Source: a virus
Lineage: Duplodnaviria > Caudoviricetes
IMG/VR virus record: IMGVR_UViG_3300020050_005097
Location: 1-64,000 of that record
Length of the DNA stretch: 64,000 nt
Direction: 5' to 3' (one strand)
Of this stretch, positions 52,914 through 62,943 are shown piece after piece (the first letter of the stretch is position 1; every line of letters starts with the position of its first letter). The translations under genes and the position numbers were made by a program. The notes below the pieces were generated by a model. It saw only the letters and a program-made list of their open reading frames with translations. It was not told the origin of the DNA and ran no database searches.

Positions 52914-53276
52914 CTATTTAAGGTTAGAGACATCAATGTCAGGAGGTAGAGTTTGCGGATTCATCTTGAACTTAACCTCGGGGAGAAGCTCAAGATCATG
53001 GGGGTCCCCATCGACATCGAGCGAGAAAAGCTTCGTTCCGGTTTCGGTGGTGCTCACGTTGATAGTGCCAACTGGTGGCGTGGTATCAGTAACCGAGAAC
53101 ATCTGCCGAAGCACCATCATTAGCGCCCCATAAAGGAACGTGAACTGAGCAACCGTGTTTCCATCCCAGTCAAGCCACCCTCGCATCACAGCGAAAGCGA
53201 CAGCAGCCGCGACAAGCGTTGCTCCTGCCTGAGACCAGACCTTGATGAACTTCTTTACAGACATCTTATCTTCCAT
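52914..53276 (-). CDS. Holin-like 2-TM protein
   Basis: Two hydrophobic helices; follows tail genes. Confidence 0.6.
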   Translation of the reverse strand: MEDKMSVKKFIKVWSQAGATLVAAAVAFAVMRGWLDWDGNTVAQFTFLYGALMMVLRQMFSVTDTTPPVGTINVSTTETGTKLFSLDVDGDPHDLELLPEVKFKMNPQTLPPDIDVSNLK

Positions 53277-53278
53277 GT

Positions 53279-53701
53279 CTAACCTCCGGTGGTTGTAGTC
53301 GTTCCAGAAGTCGTATTCTGGGTTAATGCGTCCCGCTTAGACTCGGGCTTATACCCGTCCGCACATTCGTTGACTGGGTACGTATCGTCAGTGATGTGAA
53401 GGTATTCTTTTCGACGCTCATTGGCCAACTTGATTGTAGCAACCTCAGCCTCCGTCATGTCTGGAGTCGTCGGGAGATCCACGCTCAACAGCAACAGAAT
53501 ATCTCTAATCGCCTGGTTGTTGTCCGAAATTGCGTGACAAAAAGCGATTGTCTGAGTGGCATCTTCTTGCTTAGCCCGCTCATAATCTTGATTTGCGTTG
53601 TTTTGAATCCCGTAAAGAGCAGCGACAACACCAAACGTGATGATCACTGTCCAAAAAGTAAACAAATACTTTGTGGTTAACGTATAAATATGTTTATGCA
53701 T
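53279..53701 (-). CDS. Membrane protein, 1 TM plus extracytoplasmic domain
   Basis: YLFTFWTVIITFGVVAALYGI. Confidence 0.65.
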   Translation of the reverse strand: MHKHIYTLTTKYLFTFWTVIITFGVVAALYGIQNNANQDYERAKQEDATQTIAFCHAISDNNQAIRDILLLLSVDLPTTPDMTEAEVATIKLANERRKEYLHITDDTYPVNECADGYKPESKRDALTQNTTSGTTTTTGG

Positions 53702-53702
53702 A

Positions 53703-53831
53703 TTACCTGCTCTTGTATGTAAGTATGGTCATGATGAAAGTGCCCACCGAAGCCGCCGCAGTAAGGATTAGTAGATTTCTGTGGCCCCACCATAGTTTAT
53801 AGACGATTTCATTTTTCTTCTTTGTCGTCAC
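53703..53831 (-). CDS. 42-aa 1-TM protein (not in track)
   Basis: GGAGG RBS plus GTG; MTTKKKNEIVYKLWWGHRNLLILTAAASVGTFIMTILTYKSR. Confidence 0.55.
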   Translation of the reverse strand: MTTKKKNEIVYKLWWGHRNLLILTAAASVGTFIMTILTYKSR

Positions 53832-54084
53832 GACTATTCCTCCGGCGCTCGTCTAGAGCCAACGCAAACGGGGCCCCTAGCAGAGAAGCCAAAATCGGAT
53901 ACAGGACTGGGTTTGGTGGGTTGGCGTAGAAAAGTTGGTTTGCAGTTCCAGCCAAACCCAACGTTAAAAAGAAAACGTCTCGAACTCGGTTAACCCACCT
54001 TGACCATTCGGTGTCAGACACTCGAGGAGAATCCTCTTTTTTAACTGGAACTTCCGCATCATCTAATGGTTCCGACGATGGCAT
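53809..54084 (-). CDS. Holin-like 2-TM protein
   Basis: VFFLTLGLAG; LYPILASLLGAPFAL. Confidence 0.6.
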   Translation of the reverse strand: MPSSEPLDDAEVPVKKEDSPRVSDTEWSRWVNRVRDVFFLTLGLAGTANQLFYANPPNPVLYPILASLLGAPFALALDERRRNSRDDKEEK

Positions 54085-54118
54085 AAATGATCAATCCTTT
54101 CTCGTCGGGAGTTTAACC

Positions 54119-55279
54119 TTACCCAATAGATTCCAAAACTTCAGCGTATGGGGCAGACACTGTTGTGATGTATTTGGTTTCTGTTTTATCGACAAGCGTA
54201 GCATGTTCGATAACACGCATTTGTTTTCCGGCTTCATAGTTTGCTGCGACAAATACTAAATCCCCCATAAAGTAGTCTAACCCATACTTGAAATGCGACG
54301 AATTTACTTCACACTCGATGAGGCCGACTGGTTGTTGTGCATTTGAAATGTCGGTAATTCTAGAATACAGAACATCTACTGGGTCGGATGGTGTAGCACT
54401 GGTCAGTAAATCCCAATCTTTAGCATCCACCGAAACATTTCTACAATCCCACCCAGTGGCTGTATGCGATAACGTTCGCTGTGTGTGTCCATCGGTTACC
54501 GCGTAACCACCAGTTTTTCTATCCTGATTAGACCAAACATATCTTGGTTTAACGATCTCATCACGAGAAGAGTTGAACTGCACAAGTTCGCTTCGATTTT
54601 CTCCAAGATACGCAATGAACCTAAACTCTGGAATCGTATCGGTTGGTCTAGACACTTTTAGCCCAATATCAGCTGCGCGTAGAATTTCATACACCGCATT
54701 TGATAAATACGAAGGGCTTTTAATTACGCGGGTCTTTGTAGCCACTTCGTAAAAAACACCAACATCATAGGTAACCAAAACGTTTGGAAGCGCTTCGATG
54801 GCTCCTAACGTGAGAGCCCCGGGATCATAATCGTCCGGATTAACTAAGTACCGATCCAACAGCGTGTTTACATGCATCCAAGAGTAATCGGCAGGTAATT
54901 CAAACTCCATTGGAGAAGTTGAATACACGCCCATTTGTTCTACTGGTGCAGGTGCCCAATCTGGAACCGCCATACTGTAAGTAACAACGCGATGATCCAT
55001 GATTACAGCCGCTGCGCAACGACCAAAGACTTCCAATTTTGCAGGTCCTGGTTTTGTCTCATCAATGGTGGCCGTTTCAATTTCCATAACCACATTAGTG
55101 TTTGTGTGAGAAATGAATGTGCCTGGGGCAAACAACGAGACGTATTGTTCGGTTGGGTCACATACGACACGAACCTCTCCACCTGGGTAATTGTATCTTT
55201 CTACCCATAAAACAGAATCGAGCCCAGTAATATGTTCCACAACGGCATAGGTTTCTTTTTCAAGAGTAAAAAGATCCAT
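54119..55279 (-). CDS. Minor tail / hub protein (ReqiPepy6 gp37-like)
   Basis: Start MDLFTLE; VLWVERY...GEVRV; FKYGLDYFMGDLV. Confidence 0.7.
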   Translation of the reverse strand: MDLFTLEKETYAVVEHITGLDSVLWVERYNYPGGEVRVVCDPTEQYVSLFAPGTFISHTNTNVVMEIETATIDETKPGPAKLEVFGRCAAAVIMDHRVVTYSMAVPDWAPAPVEQMGVYSTSPMEFELPADYSWMHVNTLLDRYLVNPDDYDPGALTLGAIEALPNVLVTYDVGVFYEVATKTRVIKSPSYLSNAVYEILRAADIGLKVSRPTDTIPEFRFIAYLGENRSELVQFNSSRDEIVKPRYVWSNQDRKTGGYAVTDGHTQRTLSHTATGWDCRNVSVDAKDWDLLTSATPSDPVDVLYSRITDISNAQQPVGLIECEVNSSHFKYGLDYFMGDLVFVAANYEAGKQMRVIEHATLVDKTETKYITTVSAPYAEVLESIG

Positions 55280-55281
55280 TA

Positions 55282-56148
55282 TTACACCCCCCAGTATGTA
55301 TATCGATGATCGGCCCTGGTGAACTCGTGGTCTACAGAAACGCCAAAGAAGTTCCAACCCGGGTACAAATATGGCCAAATAGAACCCCATACGATTTTGT
55401 CTACGAGGGTTCTGTTGTCAACGCTTGCTCGGATTAGAGTGATGTATTTGTTGTCTTCTGCGCTGCTAATATGAATGATGTCGCCAACAAGAAAGTCGTG
55501 GCTAACTAAGAAGAAATACTTATCGGGGTTCTTAAGATCGTTGATCCTAAGGCTGCTTGTGTTGGTAGTGCAAGTAACCTCCATGAAGAACCCATGCGGA
55601 GCAGACGACAACTCGTCGGTGTGACTGATATACGAGTATCCGTAAGTCTCTGGGTCTGGTCCAATCGCAATATCAGTGTTTTCTGTCGAACAGATAAACG
55701 GATACGGACACGTAAGCGTCAGTTTAAGATCAGTCTCAGGAGCAAACTGCGACGCCTCGACCTTGCTAACTACTCCAAACAAACTACCGATATATGTAGA
55801 ACCATTCATGAACCTAAGCTCAAGCTTGCTTTCTGTATTGTATTCGATAGATTGAATATTGTAGGAAATGGCTTTGTAGATGGTGTCCCGAAGATCGCCA
55901 ACGGTGGTCCCTTCTCTATAATTAGGATTAAGAGAGAGAAGGAGCGCCACCACACGTTCTTTTGGCTGCATTCGAAAGAACTTAGGTCCATCGTTGTAAG
56001 TATTCAGAATCTCTTCGACATCAAGTCCTGTAGCGGCCTTCAAAATATAAGGATTAGACCGATTTGGGCCGCCAACAGAAAAGGTGGCGTGAGTAATCTG
56101 AAGAATACCCGTCTTAGGGGAACATAACTGGATCTCTGTGATGTTCAT
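55282..56148 (-). CDS. Distal tail protein (Dit-like)
   Basis: Follows tape measure; YILKAATGL, LTCPYPF. Confidence 0.7.
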   Translation of the reverse strand: MNITEIQLCSPKTGILQITHATFSVGGPNRSNPYILKAATGLDVEEILNTYNDGPKFFRMQPKERVVALLLSLNPNYREGTTVGDLRDTIYKAISYNIQSIEYNTESKLELRFMNGSTYIGSLFGVVSKVEASQFAPETDLKLTLTCPYPFICSTENTDIAIGPDPETYGYSYISHTDELSSAPHGFFMEVTCTTNTSSLRINDLKNPDKYFFLVSHDFLVGDIIHISSAEDNKYITLIRASVDNRTLVDKIVWGSIWPYLYPGWNFFGVSVDHEFTRADHRYTYWGV

Positions 56149-59100
56149 ACGTTAAGCTCCTCCTTTGCGAGTGCAATCTGTGACCTAGTATTCCGATAAA
56201 TATCGCTCGTGCTCAACTCGTGAGGAGCGTTGTTGATTTGCGTGAACTGGATTGGTTGGGTGGGTTTATCAGCCAACTTCGATGGATCGACGGCCGCTGC
56301 TGCGGCTTGTTCCTGAGCAACTACCGCCAACGACGTCGCCTGCTGTGTAGACAAAGTCGGATCGATAGTAGGCGTCTCCCAGAGATTATTCATTTCTCCA
56401 GCACCACGTTTAACGCCGGTTAAATCAAGCACAGGAGTGATTGTCGGGTTAGAATCCCACAAGATGTCTGGGCTGATTGTGTTACTGGCCAGTGTATCTC
56501 GCAACCCGCCAATAATCCCGTCACCGAATGCAGCAGCTCCATCCGCAGCAGTTGTGTCGTTATTGAATCCAACGACAAATCCCTCTGCAATTGATTTAGC
56601 CATCTCGATCATGACTTTAGAGGGGGAATTAATGTCAAGTATGTTCGCAATTGATTCGATTACTCCACCGGCAAGTTCCGCACCAGCATCATAAATCCCT
56701 TGTCGGCCAGACCAAAGTCCTCTGATAATTCCGATGACAATTGACTTAACTAAATGTTCAATTGCTTTGTCCAGCTTTTCCCCACCATTATCAATTGCCG
56801 TGGCGAGGTTTTCCATAAGGTTAGCCGCCAATTTTATAGCGCCGTCGTCGATTCTTTGCGATTGAGCATCGATGGCGTCCATAATTGCCAACACGAATCC
56901 GCCGATAGATTCACCCCATTCGCCAGCATGAAGCGCTAAGTTGTCGACAAAGTCAGTTCCGAGCTTAGAACCCATTGCCACTAAGATTGGAAGATTTCTA
57001 TCAAGTTGAATCATTAACACGAGAAGGAAGAGCACGATAGATTCGACGATCTTAGGAACCGCGGCCGTCAATCCAGTCATAAAGGTTACAAACAACGTCG
57101 TACCAGCAGCCATAATATCAGGCAGCTTGAAGTTCAGAAACGCCAAGAACTGCATAACAATCGACGCGACTGTAAGCAAAATATCGCCAATGTGATCGTT
57201 GATTCCATGTAAGAATGCCAAGAGCATGAAATAACCAACGTTGGTGATTCGTTCATAGTTGTCGTAAATGAACTGAATAATACCACCAAGAATAGCATTC
57301 CAAGCCGCGACCATCTCGGGCACGTGTTCGATTAGGAATTGCACGATGTATTTAACAGCCTTGCCGAGCAGTACGGTGAATCTTGGAATGTTGGCTAGCA
57401 AAGACTCGATGCCCGTGATGATCCCACGGAATATGGCGCCGATGAAGAGGGTTATCTCTCCGATCAGTGTCATGAATGTGGAGGGACCAATTTCGGCAAG
57501 AGTCTTGATCGACGAAACCAAAAGCGCCACACCACCAGCAAAGAGTAGTACGCCCAAACCGAATAATGCCATGCCAGCACCAACGGTCACCAAAGCTGCC
57601 CCGAAAAGTGCAAGTGCTTCGGTGGCGCCGCTTCCATCTAAGAATAATGCGCCAACAGCAAGAAGTCCCAAAAATATGACGATTGCAGACATAACTCCGA
57701 TTACTACCCACAAACCGGTGTCAGCCAACAACTTTATTGCGGCAGCAAGAATTGTAATTGAAGCCGCAATAATCCCGATCGTGAATGCGCCCTCAATTGC
57801 TTCTTTACCGTTTAGGAAATGGACAGCAACGACAAGTGCAATCAATGCAGCACCGAGACCTATGATGCCTTCCCACAACTCTTTGAGTCCCATGGTCCCA
57901 AACTTCTTCACTGCCTCTGCAAGAACAAGCATGGAGAAGCTGATAATCGCGATACCAATCGCAACTTCCTCCATTCGCTTTGGAGAACCAAAGCTGATAA
58001 TCGCGAAAGTTATTAAGGCAAGAATGATGGCTAAGGAACCAAGACCCTTGGCCAAGACGTCCATTTCTGAACCACCAAGATCCGTAATAACTTTGGATAG
58101 AGCCAACAATGACACTGCAAGAAGCCCGATACCAATGCCCTTAACCTGAGCGTCATCTGGGATGATTGTAAGCGCTGCGACAATCATTGCGATTGAGATA
58201 CCAACCGCGTACATGCCTTGAACCAGGGTTTTGAAGTCCATCTTACCGAACTGCTCGACCGATTTAAACAACTTACCGGTTGCAAGCGCAATAGCAATGA
58301 TGGCAAATGAGGTAGAGAACATGTGCTTTGGACTGCCCATCAGTTTCATTGATGCGCCCAGACCGATCATAAGGACACTAACTGAGGTAAGACCACGCAT
58401 TAATTCTAATGGGTCCATCGTAGACAACAACTTAACCGCAACCGAAAGAATAAGAATCGCGCCAGCAAGAGCCATAATGGTCGTACTCATCGTTGCGAAA
58501 CTTGCGGTTTGCTCTAATCCCTTAATGCCACCTTCAGCGGTGCTAGTGTTTTTACCAAGAGACTTCATGGTTGCGCCTAGCATACCAAAACCAACGCCCA
58601 TGGCAATTAACGCTTTGAACAATGCGTCAGAATCGATGAGGCTTAGAACGACCAGCGAGACAGTTAAGATCGCGATCGCCTCCGCAATCTTAAGCATTGC
58701 TTCCGCTTTAATTTCTCTCTGCATGGCGCCCAGGGTGCCCGTAACACTTCCGATAAGGTTCTTGATTTTGGTGGTAAAGCTACCACCAAGAAGGGCGCCA
58801 ATAATTCCGTTGTCCAACCAGTTTTTGAGGAATGCCCCAACCCCATACGCTGCGGCAATGATGGCTCCGAACAAACCAACATTTATAGCATCTTGTACAA
58901 GATTGAAATCGCCACTCTTTAAAGCATCCGCAACCTTCGGGATGAACCCCTTGAACCAATCGGCGACCATTCCAATCTTTTCGCCAATCCAATCAAACAC
59001 CTTACCAAGGAACTCTCCGACTTTACTAAGACTTTCAAACCGGTCTTGAACTCTACCGGTAGAGTCGCCGAGTATATCGAACTTCCCAGAAAGATTGTCT

Positions 59101-60767
59101 TTGTTGAAAAGACTGCCAATAGAGTCTTTAAACTGAACAAGAGCATCTTTGATTTTACCAAACGCTTCGATAATTGGTTGTAGTTTTGGCCCGATGTTGT
59201 CGTTGTACAAACGAACAAGCGCGTCTTTCAACTCGCCAAACCACTTAACAACCGCTTCAAATTTTCCGGAAATGTTAAGTTCGCCAAGGAACTGCGCAAT
59301 GGGGCCAAAGATCTTCATGAAGAACTTATCGATCCCACCACCGTCAAGAAGGCTCTTCTTAAGTTCAAACAGAGCGTCCCCGATGTTTCCGAAAATATTA
59401 AGGATACCGATTCCTCCGGGCTTTACGGCACGGAAGAGAAGCAGGAAGCCCATGGCAATATTCTTGAGAATTGCAAATCCGATGGCGAGAATTGAAAACA
59501 ACCCTCGAAACACACCACGAATTGCGTAAAGAACTTCAGATGTTGGCTGAAGAACGTTAGCCAAGAACGCAAAGACCTTTGAGATCTTAACAATTAGGGG
59601 TTCTGTTTGCGGAGGGAACACATCTTTGAATGCTTCACCAATAATCTTAGCGATTGCGTTAATGCTCTTGAAAATCGCAGTAAAGCCGCTGATGAGTCCC
59701 GGGATCGCAGCAGTTAATGCCGTGAAATTGATTTTACTAAGAAGGCTAATCGCGCCAAAAGTCTCGACACCTTCCATGGCTGAAAATGTATCGATAAGTG
59801 GGGTAATAGCTTCTTTGAATTTCTTAACCACCGGCGTGATTGCGTTGAACAAATCCCTCATGTGAACAAGATGCGGAGTAAAGAACACCGCAGCAATTCT
59901 AGAGAAAGCCGACTTAAGGTTCTCCAAAGACCCGGCGTATGTTTCGTTAGCTTTCTTAGCGCTCGGTCCATATGCAGCAGACATGGCTTGCGAGAACTGC
60001 TTGAAACTAAGTTCGCCGTTGGTAGCCATTTCTTGAACGGCTTCCTGACTAATACCCATTTGTGTAGCTAAGGCCGCCGTAGCATTCAACCCTCGGGTTG
60101 AAAACTGAAGGAGATCTTGGTTAGTGACCTTCCCCGCGGCAGCAGATCCGGAATATACATAGGCAATCTCGTCGAACGATGCTCCAGTCATTGCCGCTGC
60201 ACCCGCGATACCGAGCAGCGTGCTTTCCATTTCTTGGCCGACATCGATACCGGAAGAGGCTAACTGGGCAGCCGCTTTAGCTGAACTACCAAGACCATAA
60301 GCAGTGTCCTCAACCGCGGCTTTAGCGGAATCCATGGCCACTTTAGAGTCAACACCAATAGCCTTAAACATGAAGTCTGCATGTTCAAGATCAAGGGCTC
60401 GCTTTTTACCGCCGGCTTCCATTGGTCCTAAAATAGACGCCGCCGTTGTTTTTGCAAACTGAAGGGCGCCATTAGTTAAATTCTGAATGACCGAAAATCC
60501 TACCGCGCCGAGAGCAGAGAACTTTCTTGAAATATCATCAACAGCTCGGCCAATGCCACTTAGATCCACCGTATGTGAACTGTCCGCAAGTTTTCGAATA
60601 ACTTCGCCAGTGGCAGCAAGGTTTGTTGTTGAAGACTTAGAAACGCCGTCAAAGTTAAGACTTTCCTTAAGCCTATCGAGAACGCTAATTGTACCAGCTG
60701 CTTTTTTCTCGAAATCGGCGTTGTCAAACTTCATTGATACAACGCGTTCGTCGATGTTGTCGCTCAT
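56145..60767 (-). CDS. Tape measure protein
   Basis: About 1540 aa, Ala/Gly/Ile-rich helical repeats; DERVVSMKFDN start; tape-measure domain. Confidence 0.92.
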   Translation of the reverse strand: MSDNIDERVVSMKFDNADFEKKAAGTISVLDRLKESLNFDGVSKSSTTNLAATGEVIRKLADSSHTVDLSGIGRAVDDISRKFSALGAVGFSVIQNLTNGALQFAKTTAASILGPMEAGGKKRALDLEHADFMFKAIGVDSKVAMDSAKAAVEDTAYGLGSSAKAAAQLASSGIDVGQEMESTLLGIAGAAAMTGASFDEIAYVYSGSAAAGKVTNQDLLQFSTRGLNATAALATQMGISQEAVQEMATNGELSFKQFSQAMSAAYGPSAKKANETYAGSLENLKSAFSRIAAVFFTPHLVHMRDLFNAITPVVKKFKEAITPLIDTFSAMEGVETFGAISLLSKINFTALTAAIPGLISGFTAIFKSINAIAKIIGEAFKDVFPPQTEPLIVKISKVFAFLANVLQPTSEVLYAIRGVFRGLFSILAIGFAILKNIAMGFLLLFRAVKPGGIGILNIFGNIGDALFELKKSLLDGGGIDKFFMKIFGPIAQFLGELNISGKFEAVVKWFGELKDALVRLYNDNIGPKLQPIIEAFGKIKDALVQFKDSIGSLFNKDNLSGKFDILGDSTGRVQDRFESLSKVGEFLGKVFDWIGEKIGMVADWFKGFIPKVADALKSGDFNLVQDAINVGLFGAIIAAAYGVGAFLKNWLDNGIIGALLGGSFTTKIKNLIGSVTGTLGAMQREIKAEAMLKIAEAIAILTVSLVVLSLIDSDALFKALIAMGVGFGMLGATMKSLGKNTSTAEGGIKGLEQTASFATMSTTIMALAGAILILSVAVKLLSTMDPLELMRGLTSVSVLMIGLGASMKLMGSPKHMFSTSFAIIAIALATGKLFKSVEQFGKMDFKTLVQGMYAVGISIAMIVAALTIIPDDAQVKGIGIGLLAVSLLALSKVITDLGGSEMDVLAKGLGSLAIILALITFAIISFGSPKRMEEVAIGIAIISFSMLVLAEAVKKFGTMGLKELWEGIIGLGAALIALVVAVHFLNGKEAIEGAFTIGIIAASITILAAAIKLLADTGLWVVIGVMSAIVIFLGLLAVGALFLDGSGATEALALFGAALVTVGAGMALFGLGVLLFAGGVALLVSSIKTLAEIGPSTFMTLIGEITLFIGAIFRGIITGIESLLANIPRFTVLLGKAVKYIVQFLIEHVPEMVAAWNAILGGIIQFIYDNYERITNVGYFMLLAFLHGINDHIGDILLTVASIVMQFLAFLNFKLPDIMAAGTTLFVTFMTGLTAAVPKIVESIVLFLLVLMIQLDRNLPILVAMGSKLGTDFVDNLALHAGEWGESIGGFVLAIMDAIDAQSQRIDDGAIKLAANLMENLATAIDNGGEKLDKAIEHLVKSIVIGIIRGLWSGRQGIYDAGAELAGGVIESIANILDINSPSKVMIEMAKSIAEGFVVGFNNDTTAADGAAAFGDGIIGGLRDTLASNTISPDILWDSNPTITPVLDLTGVKRGAGEMNNLWETPTIDPTLSTQQATSLAVVAQEQAAAAAVDPSKLADKPTQPIQFTQINNAPHELSTSDIYRNTRSQIALAKEELNV

Positions 60768-61141
60768 TGCTTCACCTCTCTCCACACGTCGTTGGCGATC
60801 TTGTCGAACAATGGCCGGAGGGCCGGATTAATGAAATCTAATCCTTCTACATAACCACCACCGCCGGTCGCATGGCCATAGTGTAAAAGAACAACAACCG
60901 AGGTTCCCTCAGAAGTCTTATTACTGTTGTACCAATTAATAGTGTACTTCCCCCTACGCTTGATTACTTTGTAGTACCAATCGGAAGCGGTAAGACCACT
61001 ATCAACAGGCGTCGCCTTAACTAGAAGGTCTACACCTTTTTGCCCATACTGACTAAGAATGTCAAAAGGCTTTCCTTGTTTCAAGTTGTTGATGAAGAAC
61101 TCCGTTTTATCAAAGGAGCCACTTGATTTGGCTTCGATCAC
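60764..61141 (-). CDS. HK97 gp10-like tail component
   Basis: TPVDSGLTASDW...LHYGHATGGGGYVEG.DFINPAL. Confidence 0.7.
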   Translation of the reverse strand: MIEAKSSGSFDKTEFFINNLKQGKPFDILSQYGQKGVDLLVKATPVDSGLTASDWYYKVIKRRGKYTINWYNSNKTSEGTSVVVLLHYGHATGGGGYVEGLDFINPALRPLFDKIANDVWREVKQ

Positions 61142-61158
61142 AGTAACCCCTTTCTAAA

Positions 61159-61533
61159 CTATACGGCAATATCTCCGTAGAGGTACCACTCGTTGGTACC
61201 AACCTTTTCAAGGGTGAATCGAGAATACTGTCCTGCTGAATTTAGAGCTCCACCAAGAGAGTTGATGGTAACGCCTGACCCAGCGACAATAGTGGTTAGA
61301 CCGGCACCATACTGCGCTCCACAAATGACACTGCCAACTGGAATGGCGACGTCAACGTTCGGGGGAACCGTCAGGTTATTCGCCCCAGCCAAATTCATCT
61401 CAATAACTTTGCCGGGATCGGTAAGCACCAGCGTGTAGTTCGCGGTCTTACGGGAAAAGATTACATCCCGTAAACGTACCGATGCGATTTGCTCATCCAT
61501 GTGAGTAGCTGTATAGCTATTTACTGCAACCAT
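61159..61533 (-). CDS. Small beta-rich virion protein (fibre/decoration-like domain)
   Basis: TANYTLVLTD.G..IEMN.AGA..LTVP...GAG..TI.AGSGVTI. Confidence 0.55.
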   Translation of the reverse strand: MVAVNSYTATHMDEQIASVRLRDVIFSRKTANYTLVLTDPGKVIEMNLAGANNLTVPPNVDVAIPVGSVICGAQYGAGLTTIVAGSGVTINSLGGALNSAGQYSRFTLEKVGTNEWYLYGDIAV

Positions 61534-61542
61534 GAAAGCTCC

Positions 61543-62358
61543 CTATTCATACGTTGACGAAATCATGTAATCGCCAACGGTCGGGGTTCCGATAGTAGCC
61601 CCATCGATTTGGAATGTGTTTGCGTCTAGCATCTCAACAAGATGCGCTGGACCAGTAGCCGTCCAGGTACCATCGCCATTGTCGGTGATAACAACACAGA
61701 GCATGGCGATAATATCAACCACCATCGGGAGTCTAGGCTCAACCGATTCGGTGCCGTACAGATAATCTTCTAAAAGCGCCAGTGCTTCTGGCCGAGTGGT
61801 ACGCGAGTCAATTACCAAATGTGCCGTTGGTCGGCGACTTGGGAACTGTTCCGGGGTCCCGCTAAAAGACCAGCTGAACTCAATTGGAGCGACGTTTGTG
61901 TCTACTGTTTGGTTTGCAACGTTGTCGGGGATTGATGTGAGGTTGTACAAAATATGAATCTTGTATCCCAAATCCACACCAGTAACATCATTTCCAACAA
62001 GAGTTCTATAGGACATACCAAAAGTATCTCTTGGTTGACTGTCCAATAGCAAACCTTCGTTCGTATCGACATACCCGTCAAACATTAGGAATTCGTCCGG
62101 ATATGTTAATGCTTTAACCCTGGCGGTGAAATCTCCGTCCGTGACAAGATCGAAGGTTTTGACCCCGTCCAAATAGATTGGCGTAGCGGCAACATTGTCG
62201 TGAGCTTCCTCTACCGAGATGAGCCCGCTCCAAGAAAAGCCTTTGGCGCGCTCAGAAAAGCCAGTACCAATAGGATGAAGAGGAGAGTAAAAGACTCCTC
62301 TATCTACACCAAGTTCATAAACTCGTTCACCAATTTGATCCCACAAAAGTTTAGTCAT
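61543..62358 (-). CDS. Second phi13-type tail-tube paralogue
   Basis: WDQIGERVYELGVDRGVFY...GYKIHILYN aligns with 62944..63831. Confidence 0.75.
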   Translation of the reverse strand: MTKLLWDQIGERVYELGVDRGVFYSPLHPIGTGFSERAKGFSWSGLISVEEAHDNVAATPIYLDGVKTFDLVTDGDFTARVKALTYPDEFLMFDGYVDTNEGLLLDSQPRDTFGMSYRTLVGNDVTGVDLGYKIHILYNLTSIPDNVANQTVDTNVAPIEFSWSFSGTPEQFPSRRPTAHLVIDSRTTRPEALALLEDYLYGTESVEPRLPMVVDIIAMLCVVITDNGDGTWTATGPAHLVEMLDANTFQIDGATIGTPTVGDYMISSTYE

Positions 62359-62368
62359 TTACTACCTC

Positions 62369-62917
62369 CTAACCACTAGTGCCAAGTTTAGCTTTTCGAG
62401 CCGCGTTAAGTTCTCGGTTTCTTGCGGCGATCTCGCCCTTCGACATTTGCTTTTCATTCGAGTTCTTAATGCCACAGATTCTAAGTAAAGCAAACAGTCT
62501 ATTCAAATTCCAATTCTCACAATCGAACGGCACGCTATATGAGGTCATCCAGAAGTAGATTAACTCTGAAGTGATAATCTCCGGAGATTTCTTCGCCCTC
62601 TGGTTCGGAGGTTCATAGAACGTGGTCGCCGATTGAGCAGACGCAATATACTCACTGACTGCGTCATAATGTTTCTTAGAAAACAGTGAAACGATTTCGG
62701 AAGATACGCCGGGCGTAACAAGCATCATCTCGATGTATGCTCTAACTTCTTCATCGGTCTTTTTCTCTGTGTCTAAGAACGGTTTTCCAAACTTTGCCTC
62801 CCATTTTGACAGTGCGGCCAGAGAATGCTCTAGTTCTAAAACAACGCCTTCCCGAATTACAAACTCGGAAGTTTCTTCGTTAAAGAACTCTTGCTCTTCT
62901 ACAATTAATGTGAGCAT
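62369..62917 (-). CDS. Tail assembly chaperone
   Basis: LEHSLAALSKWEAK...TSELIYFW...WNLNRL. Confidence 0.7.
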   Translation of the reverse strand: MLTLIVEEQEFFNEETSEFVIREGVVLELEHSLAALSKWEAKFGKPFLDTEKKTDEEVRAYIEMMLVTPGVSSEIVSLFSKKHYDAVSEYIASAQSATTFYEPPNQRAKKSPEIITSELIYFWMTSYSVPFDCENWNLNRLFALLRICGIKNSNEKQMSKGEIAARNRELNAARKAKLGTSG

Positions 62918-62943
62918 TCTCTGGCCTCCTGTCTAAATGATTA

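Noticed and set aside
62340-62917. Programmed -1 frameshift in the tail assembly chaperone
   Set aside because: No convincing slippery heptamer was recognised near the 3' end, and the next ORF is a tail-tube paralogue with its own RBS
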